A stretch of DNA of 64,000 bases from an uncultured Chthonomonadaceae bacterium (GTDB lineage Bacteria; Armatimonadota; Chthonomonadetes; Chthonomonadales; Chthonomonadaceae): contig CAWIEK010000024.1 in the NCBI GenBank assembly GCA_963835065.1, forward strand, positions 1 to 64,000, given 5' to 3'. Of the stretch, positions 37,989-48,480 are shown one piece after another. The translations under genes were made by a program, and so were the position numbers. Each line of letters begins with the position of its first letter. Position 1 is the stretch's first letter. A model generated the notes under the pieces. The model did no database searches, was not told the origin of the DNA, and was given only the letters and a program-made list of their open reading frames with translations.

Positions 37989-39538
37989 TATTTGGCCTCC
38001 TTGCGGCCTTGCGCGTTTGCCGTGTCATCGTTTGCGGCGTTCCTGTTTATCGTGTCGCCGTTCCCGGCGTTTTGAACCGGCGCGTTTTTGCCTGTTCCCA
38101 CCCGCGCGGACTTTTCGGGTTTGGGCGCGTCCTGTGTTTTCTGCATCGCGGCGGGGAGCATATACAGGACGTTGCGCTGTTCGGGCACAAAGTATTTCTG
38201 CGCCACGCGCTGAATGTCGGCTGCGGTGACGGCTTGCAGTTCGCTCAGTTCCTTATTGGCCTCGTCGGGAGTGCTGTACAATAAATCCGCTTCGCCCAAC
38301 TGGCTGGCTTTGGCTTCCGTAGAAATCGTGCCGAACACCTTGCCGGAAATGGCCTGATTTTTGGCCTTGTCCAGTTCCGCCTGGCTGACGGGCTGATCAC
38401 GCAGTTGGTTCATCTGCTCCACAAGCGCTTTTTCCAATGTATCAGGCGACTTGCCCGCGTTGGCAACCGCATAGAAGAAGAACATGCCGCCCAATTTCAA
38501 TTCCAGGGGTGAGCCGCCTGCTTCCACCGCGATCTGCTGATCCCGCACCAGGGAACGGTACAGGCGCGAACTGTTGCCGACCGACAGGATTTGTGACATC
38601 ACATCGAACACAGGCAGGTCTTTGGCGTCCGCGCCCTCGGTAGCCGGCAGCCGGAAGCCCATAATCACCATCGGCAGGGGCGCGAGTTTGTCATACGCGG
38701 TTTTGCGCTGCTCCGCTTTCTGGTCGCTGGCAATCACGGGATAGCGCGTGAACGGTTTGGCAGATTTCGGGATGGCCGCGAAATATTTGCTGATGCGGGC
38801 AAGGGCGTCCGCCGTTTTGAAGTCGCCGACAAGGATGAGCGTAGCATTATCGGGCTTGTAATACTCATCGTGGAACGCTTTTACGTCGCTGAGTTTCGCG
38901 TCGTCCAAATTCGCCATGATGCCGATGGTGGTATGGGCATACGGATGCGTGGGCGGGAACAGCATAGCCTGAACGGTTTCAAGCAGCGTTCCATACGGCG
39001 CGTTTTCCACATCCAGCCGATGCTCTTCCTCCACGACCGCGCGCTCCGATTTCAAATTCGGCTCGTCCACGCGCAGCGACCCCATGCGGTCCGCTTCCAG
39101 ATAAAGAACTCTGTCCAGAGCGTTGGAAGGCACGGTTTCATAGTACCGCGTCCGGTCGAAGTAGGTGTCGGCGTTGTAATGGCCGCCGATTTGCTCCACA
39201 TAGCGGGCGTGTTCTTCCGAGCCGACATGCGCCGAACCTTTGAACATCAGGTGTTCAAACAGGTGCGCGAACCCGGCCTTGCCTTTGGCTTCGTCCTTGC
39301 TGCCGACGTGGTACCAGATTTGCAGCGTCACGACAGGCGCGTGATGGTCTTCCAGCGTGACCACTTTCAGGCCGTTGGGCAATTTGGTTTCTTTATAATC
39401 CAGCCGGGGCACGGGAATCGCGGCGGCAGGCGGCTTTCCTGCCTCCTGCGCCTGCGCAAACGGCAAAACAGCTAAACTCAGCCCGCCCACAGCAAGCAAA
39501 GGCGCTATAAATCGGGTTTTTAAACCTAAATGCTTCAT
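37988..39538 (-). CDS. M16 zinc peptidase catalytic subunit
   Basis: GFAHLFEHLMFKGS; signal peptide. Confidence 0.93.
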   Translation of the reverse strand: MKHLGLKTRFIAPLLAVGGLSLAVLPFAQAQEAGKPPAAAIPVPRLDYKETKLPNGLKVVTLEDHHAPVVTLQIWYHVGSKDEAKGKAGFAHLFEHLMFKGSAHVGSEEHARYVEQIGGHYNADTYFDRTRYYETVPSNALDRVLYLEADRMGSLRVDEPNLKSERAVVEEEHRLDVENAPYGTLLETVQAMLFPPTHPYAHTTIGIMANLDDAKLSDVKAFHDEYYKPDNATLILVGDFKTADALARISKYFAAIPKSAKPFTRYPVIASDQKAEQRKTAYDKLAPLPMVIMGFRLPATEGADAKDLPVFDVMSQILSVGNSSRLYRSLVRDQQIAVEAGGSPLELKLGGMFFFYAVANAGKSPDTLEKALVEQMNQLRDQPVSQAELDKAKNQAISGKVFGTISTEAKASQLGEADLLYSTPDEANKELSELQAVTAADIQRVAQKYFVPEQRNVLYMLPAAMQKTQDAPKPEKSARVGTGKNAPVQNAGNGDTINRNAANDDTANAQGRKEAK

Positions 39539-39653
39539 AAGAATACTCTCCAATGTCAGGCCTCCTGCAGACGCCATTCTTTGTGTACAATGTTCCGCGT
39601 CCGCAGGACGCTTGACTTTTCCTGCCGGGTATTTTCAATACCGCAACGCCAAA

Positions 39654-39926
39654 TTACTCCGGCGAGTGGATGATTTCCGCCTCGACAATCTCGTCCATGA
39701 TATGCTCCGCCGAAGCGTCGTCCGTGCTGCTGAATTTGGACAGGGCCTGCACTTCCTCATCACTGAGCGTACCGTCTCCTATCGCAAACAACTGCGCCGA
39801 CAACGCCCGCAAGTCTTCCAAACGCATTGTGAGCGACTCCATTTCCTCGCTCAACTCGGTGATATGCAGGTCAATCTGCCCCGCAAGATGCAAAATCGCC
39901 CCAACACGTTCCTGACTCAATGCCAT
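39654..39926 (-). CDS. Small acidic hypothetical protein
   Basis: AAGGAG RBS; helical composition. Confidence 0.6.
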   Translation of the reverse strand: MALSQERVGAILHLAGQIDLHITELSEEMESLTMRLEDLRALSAQLFAIGDGTLSDEEVQALSKFSSTDDASAEHIMDEIVEAEIIHSPE

Positions 39927-39944
39927 TTTGGTATGCTCCTTGTT

Positions 39945-40043
39945 TTGGTGGTTGGTGGCTGGTGGTTGGTGATTGGTTTACAAGTATACGCTTATCGCAG
40001 GCGTCATCTTAAACCAATCACTAATCACCAGCCGCCAACCACC
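39945..40043. repeat. Inverted heptamer arrays (TGGTGGT-like) ... (ACCANCC-like)
   Basis: Read directly; overlaps the glycosyltransferase stop codon. Confidence 0.75.
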
Positions 40044-41143
40044 TCCTCATACGCTTGATCCTGCCGCTGCGCCATTGCCTGCGCGGTGTAGCAGGCGGCA
40101 AAGCGTTCCCGCGCGGCGCAACTCCAGCGCTTGTTGATTTCGGGCGTAAACGCTTGGGCAAGCCCTGCCGCAAACGCCGCAGGATCGGCAATCGGGGCCA
40201 GCCAGCCGTTTTCGTCATGCGTTACCACATCCCGGACTCCCGGCGCGTCACAGCCCACAATCGGCAGGCCGCATGACATGGCTTCCAGAGCGGCGAGGGG
40301 AAGCCCCTCGAATTTGGACGGCAGCGCCAACACATCCGCTGCCGCCAGCAGGGGCGCAATGTCGTGGCAATTGCCCAAAAACCGCGTTTGCTCGCCCACG
40401 CCGATCCGCCGGGCTTCCTGTTCCGTCGCGTGTCGCGCCCAGCCGTCACCCGCAAATAACGCCATTGCGGGCTGCCCCTGCGCTTTCAGTTTCGCCAGCG
40501 CATGCAGCAGCACATACGGGTCTTTCTGCTCCACAAGCCGCCCCAAAAACAGCGCGACAGGCATGTCCTGCGGTAAATCCAACGCCTGCCGCGCCTGCCG
40601 TCGAGAAAGGGGCAAGGCTATGGCTTCCACGCCGTTGTCTATGACAAACGCCTTTTCCGGCGCGATCAAATCACATCCCAGCAGCGATTCGCGCACACTT
40701 GCCGATACGCCGTACAGCCGATCCAAAAGCCCGTTTACGCGCCGCCGCCGTTCCAGTTCATGCTCCAGTTTCAGGACGCAGGGAATATGCTCTGTCGCCA
40801 CCACATAAGGCACATGCGCGCACCGAGCAGCAATGGTTCCCCAATCCCCTTCCCACGTCGCGCCGATGTGGTTGTGGAAAATATCAATACGCCATTCCTG
40901 CAATTGCGTTACCAGCCGGGGCAATTGCGCCACATCCGCGTCCCATCGCAGCGTAAACCGCGCCACCCCTGATACATACGATGCCATCCGCGCGACAAGT
41001 TCGTCCGTTCCCGGATGCTCGGCGCAAATCAGGAACGTTTCGTAGCGCGCGGACGGCAAATGCTTCGCCAGCAACTCCATTACGCGGCCCACGCCGCTCG
41101 GATGCAGACTGTCGGTATAAAAGGCTAGGCGGTGAGTGGGCAT
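40025..41143 (-). CDS. GT4 glycosyltransferase
   Basis: GRLVEQK and EGLPLAALEAM motifs. Confidence 0.9.
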   Translation of the reverse strand: MPTHRLAFYTDSLHPSGVGRVMELLAKHLPSARYETFLICAEHPGTDELVARMASYVSGVARFTLRWDADVAQLPRLVTQLQEWRIDIFHNHIGATWEGDWGTIAARCAHVPYVVATEHIPCVLKLEHELERRRRVNGLLDRLYGVSASVRESLLGCDLIAPEKAFVIDNGVEAIALPLSRRQARQALDLPQDMPVALFLGRLVEQKDPYVLLHALAKLKAQGQPAMALFAGDGWARHATEQEARRIGVGEQTRFLGNCHDIAPLLAAADVLALPSKFEGLPLAALEAMSCGLPIVGCDAPGVRDVVTHDENGWLAPIADPAAFAAGLAQAFTPEINKRWSCAARERFAACYTAQAMAQRQDQAYEEVVGGW

Positions 41144-41239
41144 AGAGATAAGAGATAAGAGATAAGAGATAAGAGGGTAAGAAACGGTATAAGATAGCAG
41201 CTATGAGACGCCTTTTCTCTTATCTCTTATCTCTTATCT
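41144..41239. repeat. Inverted hexamer arrays (AGAGATA-like / TTATCTC-like)
   Basis: Read directly between the two glycosyltransferase genes. Confidence 0.85.
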
Positions 41240-42333
41240 AGTGCCTGAAACAGCGCTTCCCACTGCGGCACGACGGCGTGGGAACTGTAGGCGCGAACCA
41301 CATGGGCGCGTAAGGCTTGGCCCAGGCGGGCGCGTTGGCCGGGTTGGTCAATCAAGTTAAGCATTGCTTGCGCGACGGCGGGCGGAGTTTCATGCGGCAC
41401 GAACACGCCTGAAATGCCGTCTTCGATTTGCTGCGGCGTACCGCCGTCGCGGGTAGCGATGACGGGCAAGCCCGCCGCGCCCGCTTCGGCAATCACGTGC
41501 GGCATCCCCTCGCCCTGCGACAGCCAGGTGAAAATATCCAGCCCGGACAGCAGGCGCGGCACGTCGGGACGGTCGCCGGTGAAAATCATGCGGTCAGCCA
41601 ATCCCCGCTCCTGCGCCTGTTGCTTTAATCCGTCCGCATATTCCGGGTGAAACGCATCCGGCCCGCCGATAACGACAAAACGCGCGTTCGGACGCTGAGG
41701 CGCGACAAGGGCGCAGGCTTCGACAAAATCCTGTACGCGCTTTTTGGGGTCCAGCCGCCCCACCCATCCAATTACAACCGCATCAGGCGCGACGTTCCAC
41801 TCCGCCCGTACCGCTGCGCGGTCTTCCGGGCGAAACTCCGACATATCCACCATGCTCGGAATTTCCAGCGCCCATTCGGGGTCGGGCATCACCGTTGCCG
41901 CCGCGTCCCGAATGTCTTTGCACACGCCCACATAGGCGCTCGTATGGTGCTTGGGATTGTGGAACGCTTCGGACACCAGCCCGCCATGCTCAATTAAAGG
42001 TGGAACCGGCCCGCCGTCCGCGCGCAGCAAATCATAGGCCACATACACGGGGCGGACGCCCTGACACGCCACCACGACATTAAACTGATCGTCGCGTATC
42101 CGTTGCGCGATATGCGGCCCGTGTTCCTCCGGCCCCGTGCCGTAGCAGTACGTGTCTACGGCAACGCCCAATTCGCGCAACTGCTCGTGCGTCTGGTACG
42201 GCATGTTGGGACGCCGGTACGTGGACAGCGCTTCCAGATGGTAGCGCTTGCGATCCAGACACCGCGCCAACAGCCGCAGTTCCGTTTCTTCCCCGCCCAC
42301 CACCAGCCACGCAAACACAAACAAAATCTTCAC
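41227..42333 (-). CDS. GT4 glycosyltransferase
   Basis: GRLDPKK and EGMPHVIAEA motifs. Confidence 0.9.
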   Translation of the reverse strand: MKILFVFAWLVVGGEETELRLLARCLDRKRYHLEALSTYRRPNMPYQTHEQLRELGVAVDTYCYGTGPEEHGPHIAQRIRDDQFNVVVACQGVRPVYVAYDLLRADGGPVPPLIEHGGLVSEAFHNPKHHTSAYVGVCKDIRDAAATVMPDPEWALEIPSMVDMSEFRPEDRAAVRAEWNVAPDAVVIGWVGRLDPKKRVQDFVEACALVAPQRPNARFVVIGGPDAFHPEYADGLKQQAQERGLADRMIFTGDRPDVPRLLSGLDIFTWLSQGEGMPHVIAEAGAAGLPVIATRDGGTPQQIEDGISGVFVPHETPPAVAQAMLNLIDQPGQRARLGQALRAHVVRAYSSHAVVPQWEALFQALDKR

Positions 42334-42348
42334 GGGTTTACTTGTTCC

Positions 42349-43491
42349 TTACCCTTCGCACTCCAACACCACCTGCAAAGCCTGCCCGCCCTCATGCGCC
42401 AGCAGGGAAAAGGCTTCCTGCGCTTCGGCAAACGGCAGGATGTGCGTAATCAGGTGTTCGCGTACATCCGCGCCTCTTTCCTGTAAAAACGCGAGGGTTG
42501 TCAGTGCCAGGCGGCGGTGGTTCCATGTTGCCGACATCTTGCGTGGGACGCGGTAGATTTGGGCGCAGATATGTTTCAGGCCGTTGTGGTGGAATTCGCG
42601 CCCCAGTTGCAGATTGTTCGCGCCGCCCTGATAAAAGCCCAGGTCAATGACGGGGCACTGTGGCTGCAAAGCGCGCAGGCACAAATGCAACAGTTCGTCC
42701 GAACCCGAACATTGGAAGGCTATGTCCGCGCCCCGGTTGCCCAATCCGTCGTGCCAGTGCGTTTTGGCCCACCAGCCCACGTCTATCTCCTGCGTGTTCA
42801 GAGCCGTCATGCCAAGCCGCGTCGCCCGCTCCAATTTCCACGCATTGCGGCCCGCAACTGCCACTTCCGCCGCGCCCGCCCACTGGCACAACATGCCCGT
42901 AAACAGCCCGATAACGCCCGTGCCGCCGATTAGAACGCGCTTGCCTCGGACGCCGCAGCCAAAGGTTTGCGCATTTGCGCCGAACGCTTCTTCATCCGCA
43001 TGAAGCAGGCCATTGGCGCAAATCGGCCCCATCTGCGCCACATAAATACCGAGCATGGGATCGAAATCGGGAGGGAGAGGATAATACAGTTCGTTGCGGG
43101 CCAAAACCGTATGCCCGCTCTTGTGTCCATACGTCACGCTGACCGTTTGCCCGGCTTCCACGCCCCACGCCCGCGACGCGACGACCTGCCCCACCTGCAT
43201 ATAGCCGGAAAACGGCAGGGGATACTGCGCCCTGTCGCCCCAATCGAAGAACACTTTGAGGTCATTATCCCAACGCGCATGAAGATAGGGGTTGGTTCCG
43301 AGGAAATGGGTCAGTTCGGTTCCCGTGGAAAGCCCGCAATACAAGGTGCGAACGCGAAACGCCTCCGGGGGCAGTTCGCCCTCTTCGTAATGAAAAATCG
43401 CGGCGCGTTCGGGCGCTACAAACCCAATATGCTCCACGCCAAACGGCCCCTGATAAGCGTTTTCCTGTTCGCGGCTCATGCGTCCATCCAA
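42349..43491 (-). CDS. Medium-chain (zinc-type) alcohol dehydrogenase family protein
   Basis: GLSTGTE and GTGVIG Rossmann motifs. Confidence 0.82.
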   Translation of the reverse strand: MDGRMSREQENAYQGPFGVEHIGFVAPERAAIFHYEEGELPPEAFRVRTLYCGLSTGTELTHFLGTNPYLHARWDNDLKVFFDWGDRAQYPLPFSGYMQVGQVVASRAWGVEAGQTVSVTYGHKSGHTVLARNELYYPLPPDFDPMLGIYVAQMGPICANGLLHADEEAFGANAQTFGCGVRGKRVLIGGTGVIGLFTGMLCQWAGAAEVAVAGRNAWKLERATRLGMTALNTQEIDVGWWAKTHWHDGLGNRGADIAFQCSGSDELLHLCLRALQPQCPVIDLGFYQGGANNLQLGREFHHNGLKHICAQIYRVPRKMSATWNHRRLALTTLAFLQERGADVREHLITHILPFAEAQEAFSLLAHEGGQALQVVLECEG

Positions 43492-43607
43492 TCCCGGTCT
43501 ACAGATGTAATGTATCGGCTGCGTTGTTAAGTTCCACTCGCCTGGACGCCGTACCGCCGCCTGCTTCCGAACTCTTCTTTATCTACGTCTTTGGAGCGTC
43601 AATTTCT

Positions 43608-44843
43608 TCAATCTGAAGTTATAATTTGTTTGTCCGGCAGCAGCAGGCGCATCTCGATTTTGTCCGCGCCGAAATAGCCCTGCTGTCGGCGCACTCCAGC
43701 AGGAACTTTCACCACAAGCGCCTGACGGCTTTGCGCCACATACGCGCCCCTGCGCGCCACAACCCAACCGCCCTCCTCCACGCCCAATCCCGTATAGCCC
43801 GGCTGATCCAGCACCGCTGTCAGCAGGCGCTGCATCCGATTACGGGCAAAAAAATGCTGGTCTACAATGGTTTTGGGCAGCAGGTTGAGGCCGCTTGCCA
43901 GGGGACAGCCGCCGGACTGCAAGCCCTGCGTTTTCACCGTTTCGCCCGTCGGCATTTTGGCTCCCATCAGCGAGGCTCCCGCGCTTGTTCCCCCCACAAC
44001 GCCGCCGCGCCGCAATACCTGTCGTATGGCTTCCGGGACGCCCGAAGTTTCCGGGAAAGCGGTCATAAAGCGGTTCTGGTCGCCGCCCGGTATCCACACG
44101 CCCCGCGCTTCCCGCAAGCGCCTGCACAAGTCGTCGGGAGACAATCCTACCGGAGCATCCACCTGCCGCGCGCCGTTGTCCCGAAACAAGGCGACGGATT
44201 CCGGCCCGCCCACAGCCGGGTCCGCTTCCGTTTGCGGCAAAATCACAATCGGCGCGTCCGGCCCGCCCGCCGCTTCCACAAAGGTCTTTACCAGCGCGGG
44301 CGATGTTTTGCCGCCGCCCGCCACCAGCACGGTTCCGGCGTGGTTCGGCTCTTTTGCAGGCGCGGAACCTTCCGGCAGTTGTCCGGCTGCCGTCGTGTCC
44401 TGCGCCTTTCCCTCCTGCACAGTTGCCGCGCCAGGAAGCGTATTCGCCGCGCCGCGTAGTTCTTTGGCTATCGGCGCGTTCAGGCGATCCGGGCGTTCGG
44501 CGGCGTAGCCGGGAGCCACCATCAGCGCCGACAGCAGCCGGAAAGCGGACCGTGAAGCCAACGAGAACGACAAGCCGCCGGGAAGATGCGCGGGCCGAAA
44601 CAACACCCAACCCTGCCACGCAAACACCAGCAGCCAAAACAGCGTCACCCAGGGCGGCTTGGCCCAGCACCGCCACGTTTTCACGCCCTTTAACGCCGCC
44701 AGAACATAGAACAGGGTCGCCAGCCCCGACAGCGCGAACAGCGCGTACTTTTGAAAAATCAGCACGAGAAACGCCGCCTTACAAAACGTAAAAGCGTAGC
44801 CCTCGTACTTGCGCCCCTGCTCTTGTCTGTCCCATTCGCTCAT
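43608..44843 (-). CDS. Cyanophycinase/peptidase S51 fused to an N-terminal membrane module
   Basis: GGDQ, GTSAGA and DQHF..RNR motifs; first ~110 aa hydrophobic. Confidence 0.85.
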   Translation of the reverse strand: MSEWDRQEQGRKYEGYAFTFCKAAFLVLIFQKYALFALSGLATLFYVLAALKGVKTWRCWAKPPWVTLFWLLVFAWQGWVLFRPAHLPGGLSFSLASRSAFRLLSALMVAPGYAAERPDRLNAPIAKELRGAANTLPGAATVQEGKAQDTTAAGQLPEGSAPAKEPNHAGTVLVAGGGKTSPALVKTFVEAAGGPDAPIVILPQTEADPAVGGPESVALFRDNGARQVDAPVGLSPDDLCRRLREARGVWIPGGDQNRFMTAFPETSGVPEAIRQVLRRGGVVGGTSAGASLMGAKMPTGETVKTQGLQSGGCPLASGLNLLPKTIVDQHFFARNRMQRLLTAVLDQPGYTGLGVEEGGWVVARRGAYVAQSRQALVVKVPAGVRRQQGYFGADKIEMRLLLPDKQIITSD

Positions 44844-44896
44844 CGCACCCTCCGATTCAGGTATTCGGTGTTCAGGAAATGCAAAAGCATAGAGGT

Positions 44897-45442
44897 TTAC
44901 TTTAGCACGTCAAGATTATTATCTGCAGCATCTCCAATACTGGACTGTTGCCTGCTCCGCCATACCTTCCGACAGAGTATAATGCCGCCTACTAATCCAC
45001 TGCCGTAACTGCCCAGATGGATCCACAAATCGGTTAAAAAATAAACATGGCGACTGGCAGGAATTTGAGAAGCAAGTGGCTCTACCAAGTACACCAGACG
45101 CGCTGTTGCGGCGGCAAAGCCGATGATACCCGCAAGAATAGCACAACACGCCATCGCGCCAAGCAAAATGCCAATCGGACGCGCTAACGACCAAACCGAA
45201 CGTTTCGGAGCCTCACCATGCAGCGCGGCAAACGCGAGCGGAATGCCGAGAAGCAACCCTACCCACCATGTAGCAACAATTCCCCAACCCAACCCCAACA
45301 GCGTGGGATTGTCTGTGCCGAAAATGTTCGGATGTCCAATCGTAAAATATTCGACACAAATACGCGCCGTGATTTGGTCATGGATGATACCGTAGCAAAC
45401 CGCCGCAACGATGCACAACAGGATGATAGTTAAGAATTTCAA
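44897..45442 (-). CDS. Conserved hypothetical membrane protein
   Basis: YGIIHDQITARICVEYFTIGH and WGIVATWWVG; about four TM helices; GGAGG RBS. Confidence 0.8.
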   Translation of the reverse strand: MKFLTIILLCIVAAVCYGIIHDQITARICVEYFTIGHPNIFGTDNPTLLGLGWGIVATWWVGLLLGIPLAFAALHGEAPKRSVWSLARPIGILLGAMACCAILAGIIGFAAATARLVYLVEPLASQIPASRHVYFLTDLWIHLGSYGSGLVGGIILCRKVWRSRQQSSIGDAADNNLDVLK

Positions 45443-45472
45443 AATACCTCCGTCTGCTCAACCCTCAACTAC

Positions 45473-46969
45473 TCAACTCTCAACGCTCAATGGAATAATC
45501 GTTTCCGGCTTCCTTTGCCCACGATGAAACACGTTGTACTCGCAGAAGGAAACGGCTTCGCCCTGCGCGTTCAGGATTTTGGTGCAGCACTGTTGGATAC
45601 GCTTGTGGTCGTATGTGTGCGCGTCCATGAACGGTTTTACCACGACGCGAAACACGCGCCTGCCGAACTGTTCCGGCTGCCCGATGAGCGGCAATACATC
45701 CCGCAGGCCGCTGCGCAAAAACAGGGTCGCCAGGTCGCGCAGGGTTTGGCGGGCGCGCAAATGGGCTACGTCCGACCAGACCCGCCGCGCCGCGCCGCCC
45801 AGCATCCCCGCGAAACTGATCCGATCCGCGAACAAATCCAGATAGCGGGCCACGTCCAGATGGCGCGGCAGGGGCGTAATAGTTTCGCGCTTGGCGTCCA
45901 GAAAGCCATACGTCAGGGCGCAGCAATCGGGGTGCGAACAGGGCAGGCCGACAAAATCGCTCGTCAGCAACGCGCCGCCCGTTTGACAATCCAACTCGCG
46001 CAGCACGTCCGTCATGGTCAAGCGCTCATGCGCGGCGAATTCATGTTCGTACCGCCCCGCGCTCATTACGGGCTGAAACGTCAGGCCGTTGATGTTATCG
46101 AGTGACAGGGCGTAGCGGTACAGGTCGCCGATTTCATCGTCATTAACGCCCCGCTCCAATGTCGCCACAAGAGTTACGAACAAGCCCTTTTCCTGCGCCC
46201 GCCGCAAGGCTTTCTGCTTGACGGCAATCAAGTCCCGCCCGTACAAACGCGCCTGCACATCCGCCCGGAAACTGGAAAACGAGAAAAACAACTCCACGCG
46301 CTCACGATGCGCCGCCAGAACTTCCAGCAGTTCGTCGCTTTGCTCCAAACGCAGGCCGTTGGTATTCACCAGGATACGCCCGATGGGATATTCTAACGCC
46401 AAATTGAGCATTTCGGCAAAGTGGGGATGAATGGTCGGCTCACCGCCACTGAGCATTAGCACATCCAGACTGCGCTGTGTCCGAAAAAACGTGTCCAATC
46501 GCTGTCGCGCCGTTTCCACGCTCATAAAATCGTGCCCCCGCGCATCCGCATAGCACGTCGGGCAGCGCAGATTACACGCGAGGGTGATTTCCAGCAGCAG
46601 CACACAGGTGGGAGGAGCGGGAGGAAAGGATGAATCCATTGCCGGTTGCCGATTGCCGACTGCCGATTGGGTTTTTCCTGTTCCCTGTTCCCTGTTCCCT
46701 GTTTCCTCTTCTATTCCCCCGCAGCAGGCGGAGTCGCTGCCGCAGCAGCCGGTGATTGCGCTTGGCAGCCCGACACGCGGCGACACGTACCGGCGGAGGC
46801 GCAGGTACTCGTTGGCGTCTGATGCCAGCAGCGCTTTAGATGCGCCGTGACGCGGACAGGTTCGTTCCATCCACACTCGTTCCGCCTCGACAAACAGCCG
46901 GGCGGGAACCGTCCGCAGGCACGTCGGGCACAATCCGTCCGTCTGCTCGGTCCACTCTGCCATTTCCAT
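45473..46969 (-). CDS. Radical SAM enzyme of the Tes/GDGT-MAS (MJ0619) type
   Basis: N-terminal CPTC...CPRHG, CNLRCPTC, SGGEPTIHP, PCSHPDC, C-terminal CC...SFCEYN. Confidence 0.88.
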   Translation of the reverse strand: MEMAEWTEQTDGLCPTCLRTVPARLFVEAERVWMERTCPRHGASKALLASDANEYLRLRRYVSPRVGLPSAITGCCGSDSACCGGIEEETGNREQGTGKTQSAVGNRQPAMDSSFPPAPPTCVLLLEITLACNLRCPTCYADARGHDFMSVETARQRLDTFFRTQRSLDVLMLSGGEPTIHPHFAEMLNLALEYPIGRILVNTNGLRLEQSDELLEVLAAHRERVELFFSFSSFRADVQARLYGRDLIAVKQKALRRAQEKGLFVTLVATLERGVNDDEIGDLYRYALSLDNINGLTFQPVMSAGRYEHEFAAHERLTMTDVLRELDCQTGGALLTSDFVGLPCSHPDCCALTYGFLDAKRETITPLPRHLDVARYLDLFADRISFAGMLGGAARRVWSDVAHLRARQTLRDLATLFLRSGLRDVLPLIGQPEQFGRRVFRVVVKPFMDAHTYDHKRIQQCCTKILNAQGEAVSFCEYNVFHRGQRKPETIIPLSVES

Positions 46970-47063
46970 ACCGTTTTCTACGCTTTCTTCAAACAGGCAA
47001 TGCAGGCATCAGGCACAAGTTTCAAGCATACCTGTACCGAACACCCTTAGATGTGAGTAACTT

Positions 47064-47214
47064 TTCACCACCAAGACGCCAAGAACACCAAGAGAAAACA
47101 GGCCACAAAAAGACACAGAATCGAAGTTGGTTTCGTTCTCTCCTGCAATTTCACTACGTTGTTCTTCTCGTCCTTCTTGTTCTGCTTGGTGTTCTTAGTG
47201 TCTTGGTGGTGAAA
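47064..47214. repeat. Inverted 9-mer element; second copy at 55479-55610
   Basis: TTCACCACCAAGACGCCAAGAACACCAAG ... CTTGGTGTTCTT(A/G)G(T/C)GTCTTGGTGGTGAA with different interiors. Confidence 0.9.
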
Positions 47215-47228
47215 AGTTAGCGATGTGA

Positions 47229-47585
47229 TTATATATTTCTGCACAGTATCAGGATTCCCAGGAAAATCAACAGCACAACCAAGAAGGGAATCATCATGCC
47301 GCAGGCCGCGAAATGGGATCGTCGGTACACATACAGCGCGGCCAAAACCGTGCCTACCCAGGGCAGAGAGTACAGCCATAACGCGCTTGGAAACACAGAT
47401 ATGAACGCCACGCTGACGACGCTCAACCCGATCAGCAAACCGAAGGATAGGCCGAACCCCGCCAGTATGTCCAGGGCTTTGTTGTTCGTCAGCAGCTTGG
47501 GCGATGGATGCAGCGACGTGCCGCATTGCGGACAGTAGAGGGTGTTGGGAGGCGTCTGGATATGACAATTCGGGCATTGTTTCAT
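47229..47585 (-). CDS. Zinc-ribbon membrane protein with a near-terminal Cys
   Basis: CPNC...CPQCG, three TM helices, ends LGILILCRNI; GGAGGAGG RBS. Confidence 0.8.
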   Translation of the reverse strand: MKQCPNCHIQTPPNTLYCPQCGTSLHPSPKLLTNNKALDILAGFGLSFGLLIGLSVVSVAFISVFPSALWLYSLPWVGTVLAALYVYRRSHFAACGMMIPFLVVLLIFLGILILCRNI

Positions 47586-47664
47586 GTTGGTTCCTCCTCC
47601 GGCAGCGCGCAATAAAATGGTTCATCCGGTTCGTGAACGCAAGGGACGGCCCGTGATTGGCGTG

Positions 47665-48342
47665 TTAGGAAAGCGCGAAACTGTCCGTCGCTTGTCCTGC
47701 GCGCAGCAAGTGGCGCAGGCGAACCGAAAAGAAAATCGCGCCCGCGATACATGCCCACTGCGCAGCGGTAATCATGGCGGCATCGGGATGGTCGCGCCAG
47801 AATTCCACGCCGAACCGCGCTATGCAGTACAAGGCTCCCTGCGCGCAAAACAGCGCGTTTTCCGGCAGGGTTTGGTTTCGCCGCGCTTCCAGCAAAATCA
47901 GGACGATCAAAATCAGCAGGCAGGACAGGGATAAATATAGCTGCGTGGGATGGCGATACGCGCCGTGCTGCCACACCGCCCATGCCATGCCCGTCGGCTT
48001 GCCATAGCAGCACCCGCCGAAAAAACAGCCCCACCGCCCCACCGCTTCGCCCGCGCAAATCGCCACCGCGAATAAATCTCCCGTCGGGCGTCGGATGCCA
48101 AGCCACTTTTTCGCCAGCGCGACAGCCAGATACCCGCCCACAATGCCGCCCAATACCGTTTTGCCAGCCGTGCCCGTCGTCAGCCATTGCGCTACATTCG
48201 CGCACAGCAGCCCGCCGATGATGCCCGCTACGAGCAGCGCGAAAATGCCTTCTGTCGCCAGGCCGCGCCGTCGCGCCATCCACGCGAACGCCGCCAACCC
48301 AGTCAAATATCCTGCCGCATAACAGCCCGCCGAAAGCGTCAT
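47665..48342 (-). CDS. Prolipoprotein diacylglyceryl transferase (Lgt) family paralog
   Basis: GRWGCFFGGCCYG, RHPTQLY and RFGVEFWR motifs. Confidence 0.88.
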   Translation of the reverse strand: MTLSAGCYAAGYLTGLAAFAWMARRRGLATEGIFALLVAGIIGGLLCANVAQWLTTGTAGKTVLGGIVGGYLAVALAKKWLGIRRPTGDLFAVAICAGEAVGRWGCFFGGCCYGKPTGMAWAVWQHGAYRHPTQLYLSLSCLLILIVLILLEARRNQTLPENALFCAQGALYCIARFGVEFWRDHPDAAMITAAQWACIAGAIFFSVRLRHLLRAGQATDSFALS

Positions 48343-48480
48343 TTCACTCCCATTCCGTAAGCGCTCTGTGATCTCATTCGCGCTTTTTTATTCGCGTTCA
48401 TTCGCGGCTTCTTAACTCTGAAGTCGGTTTTGAAGCCGGTTCGCCAATCTTTGCTCCCCATTTCACCCTTCATTGCCGCG

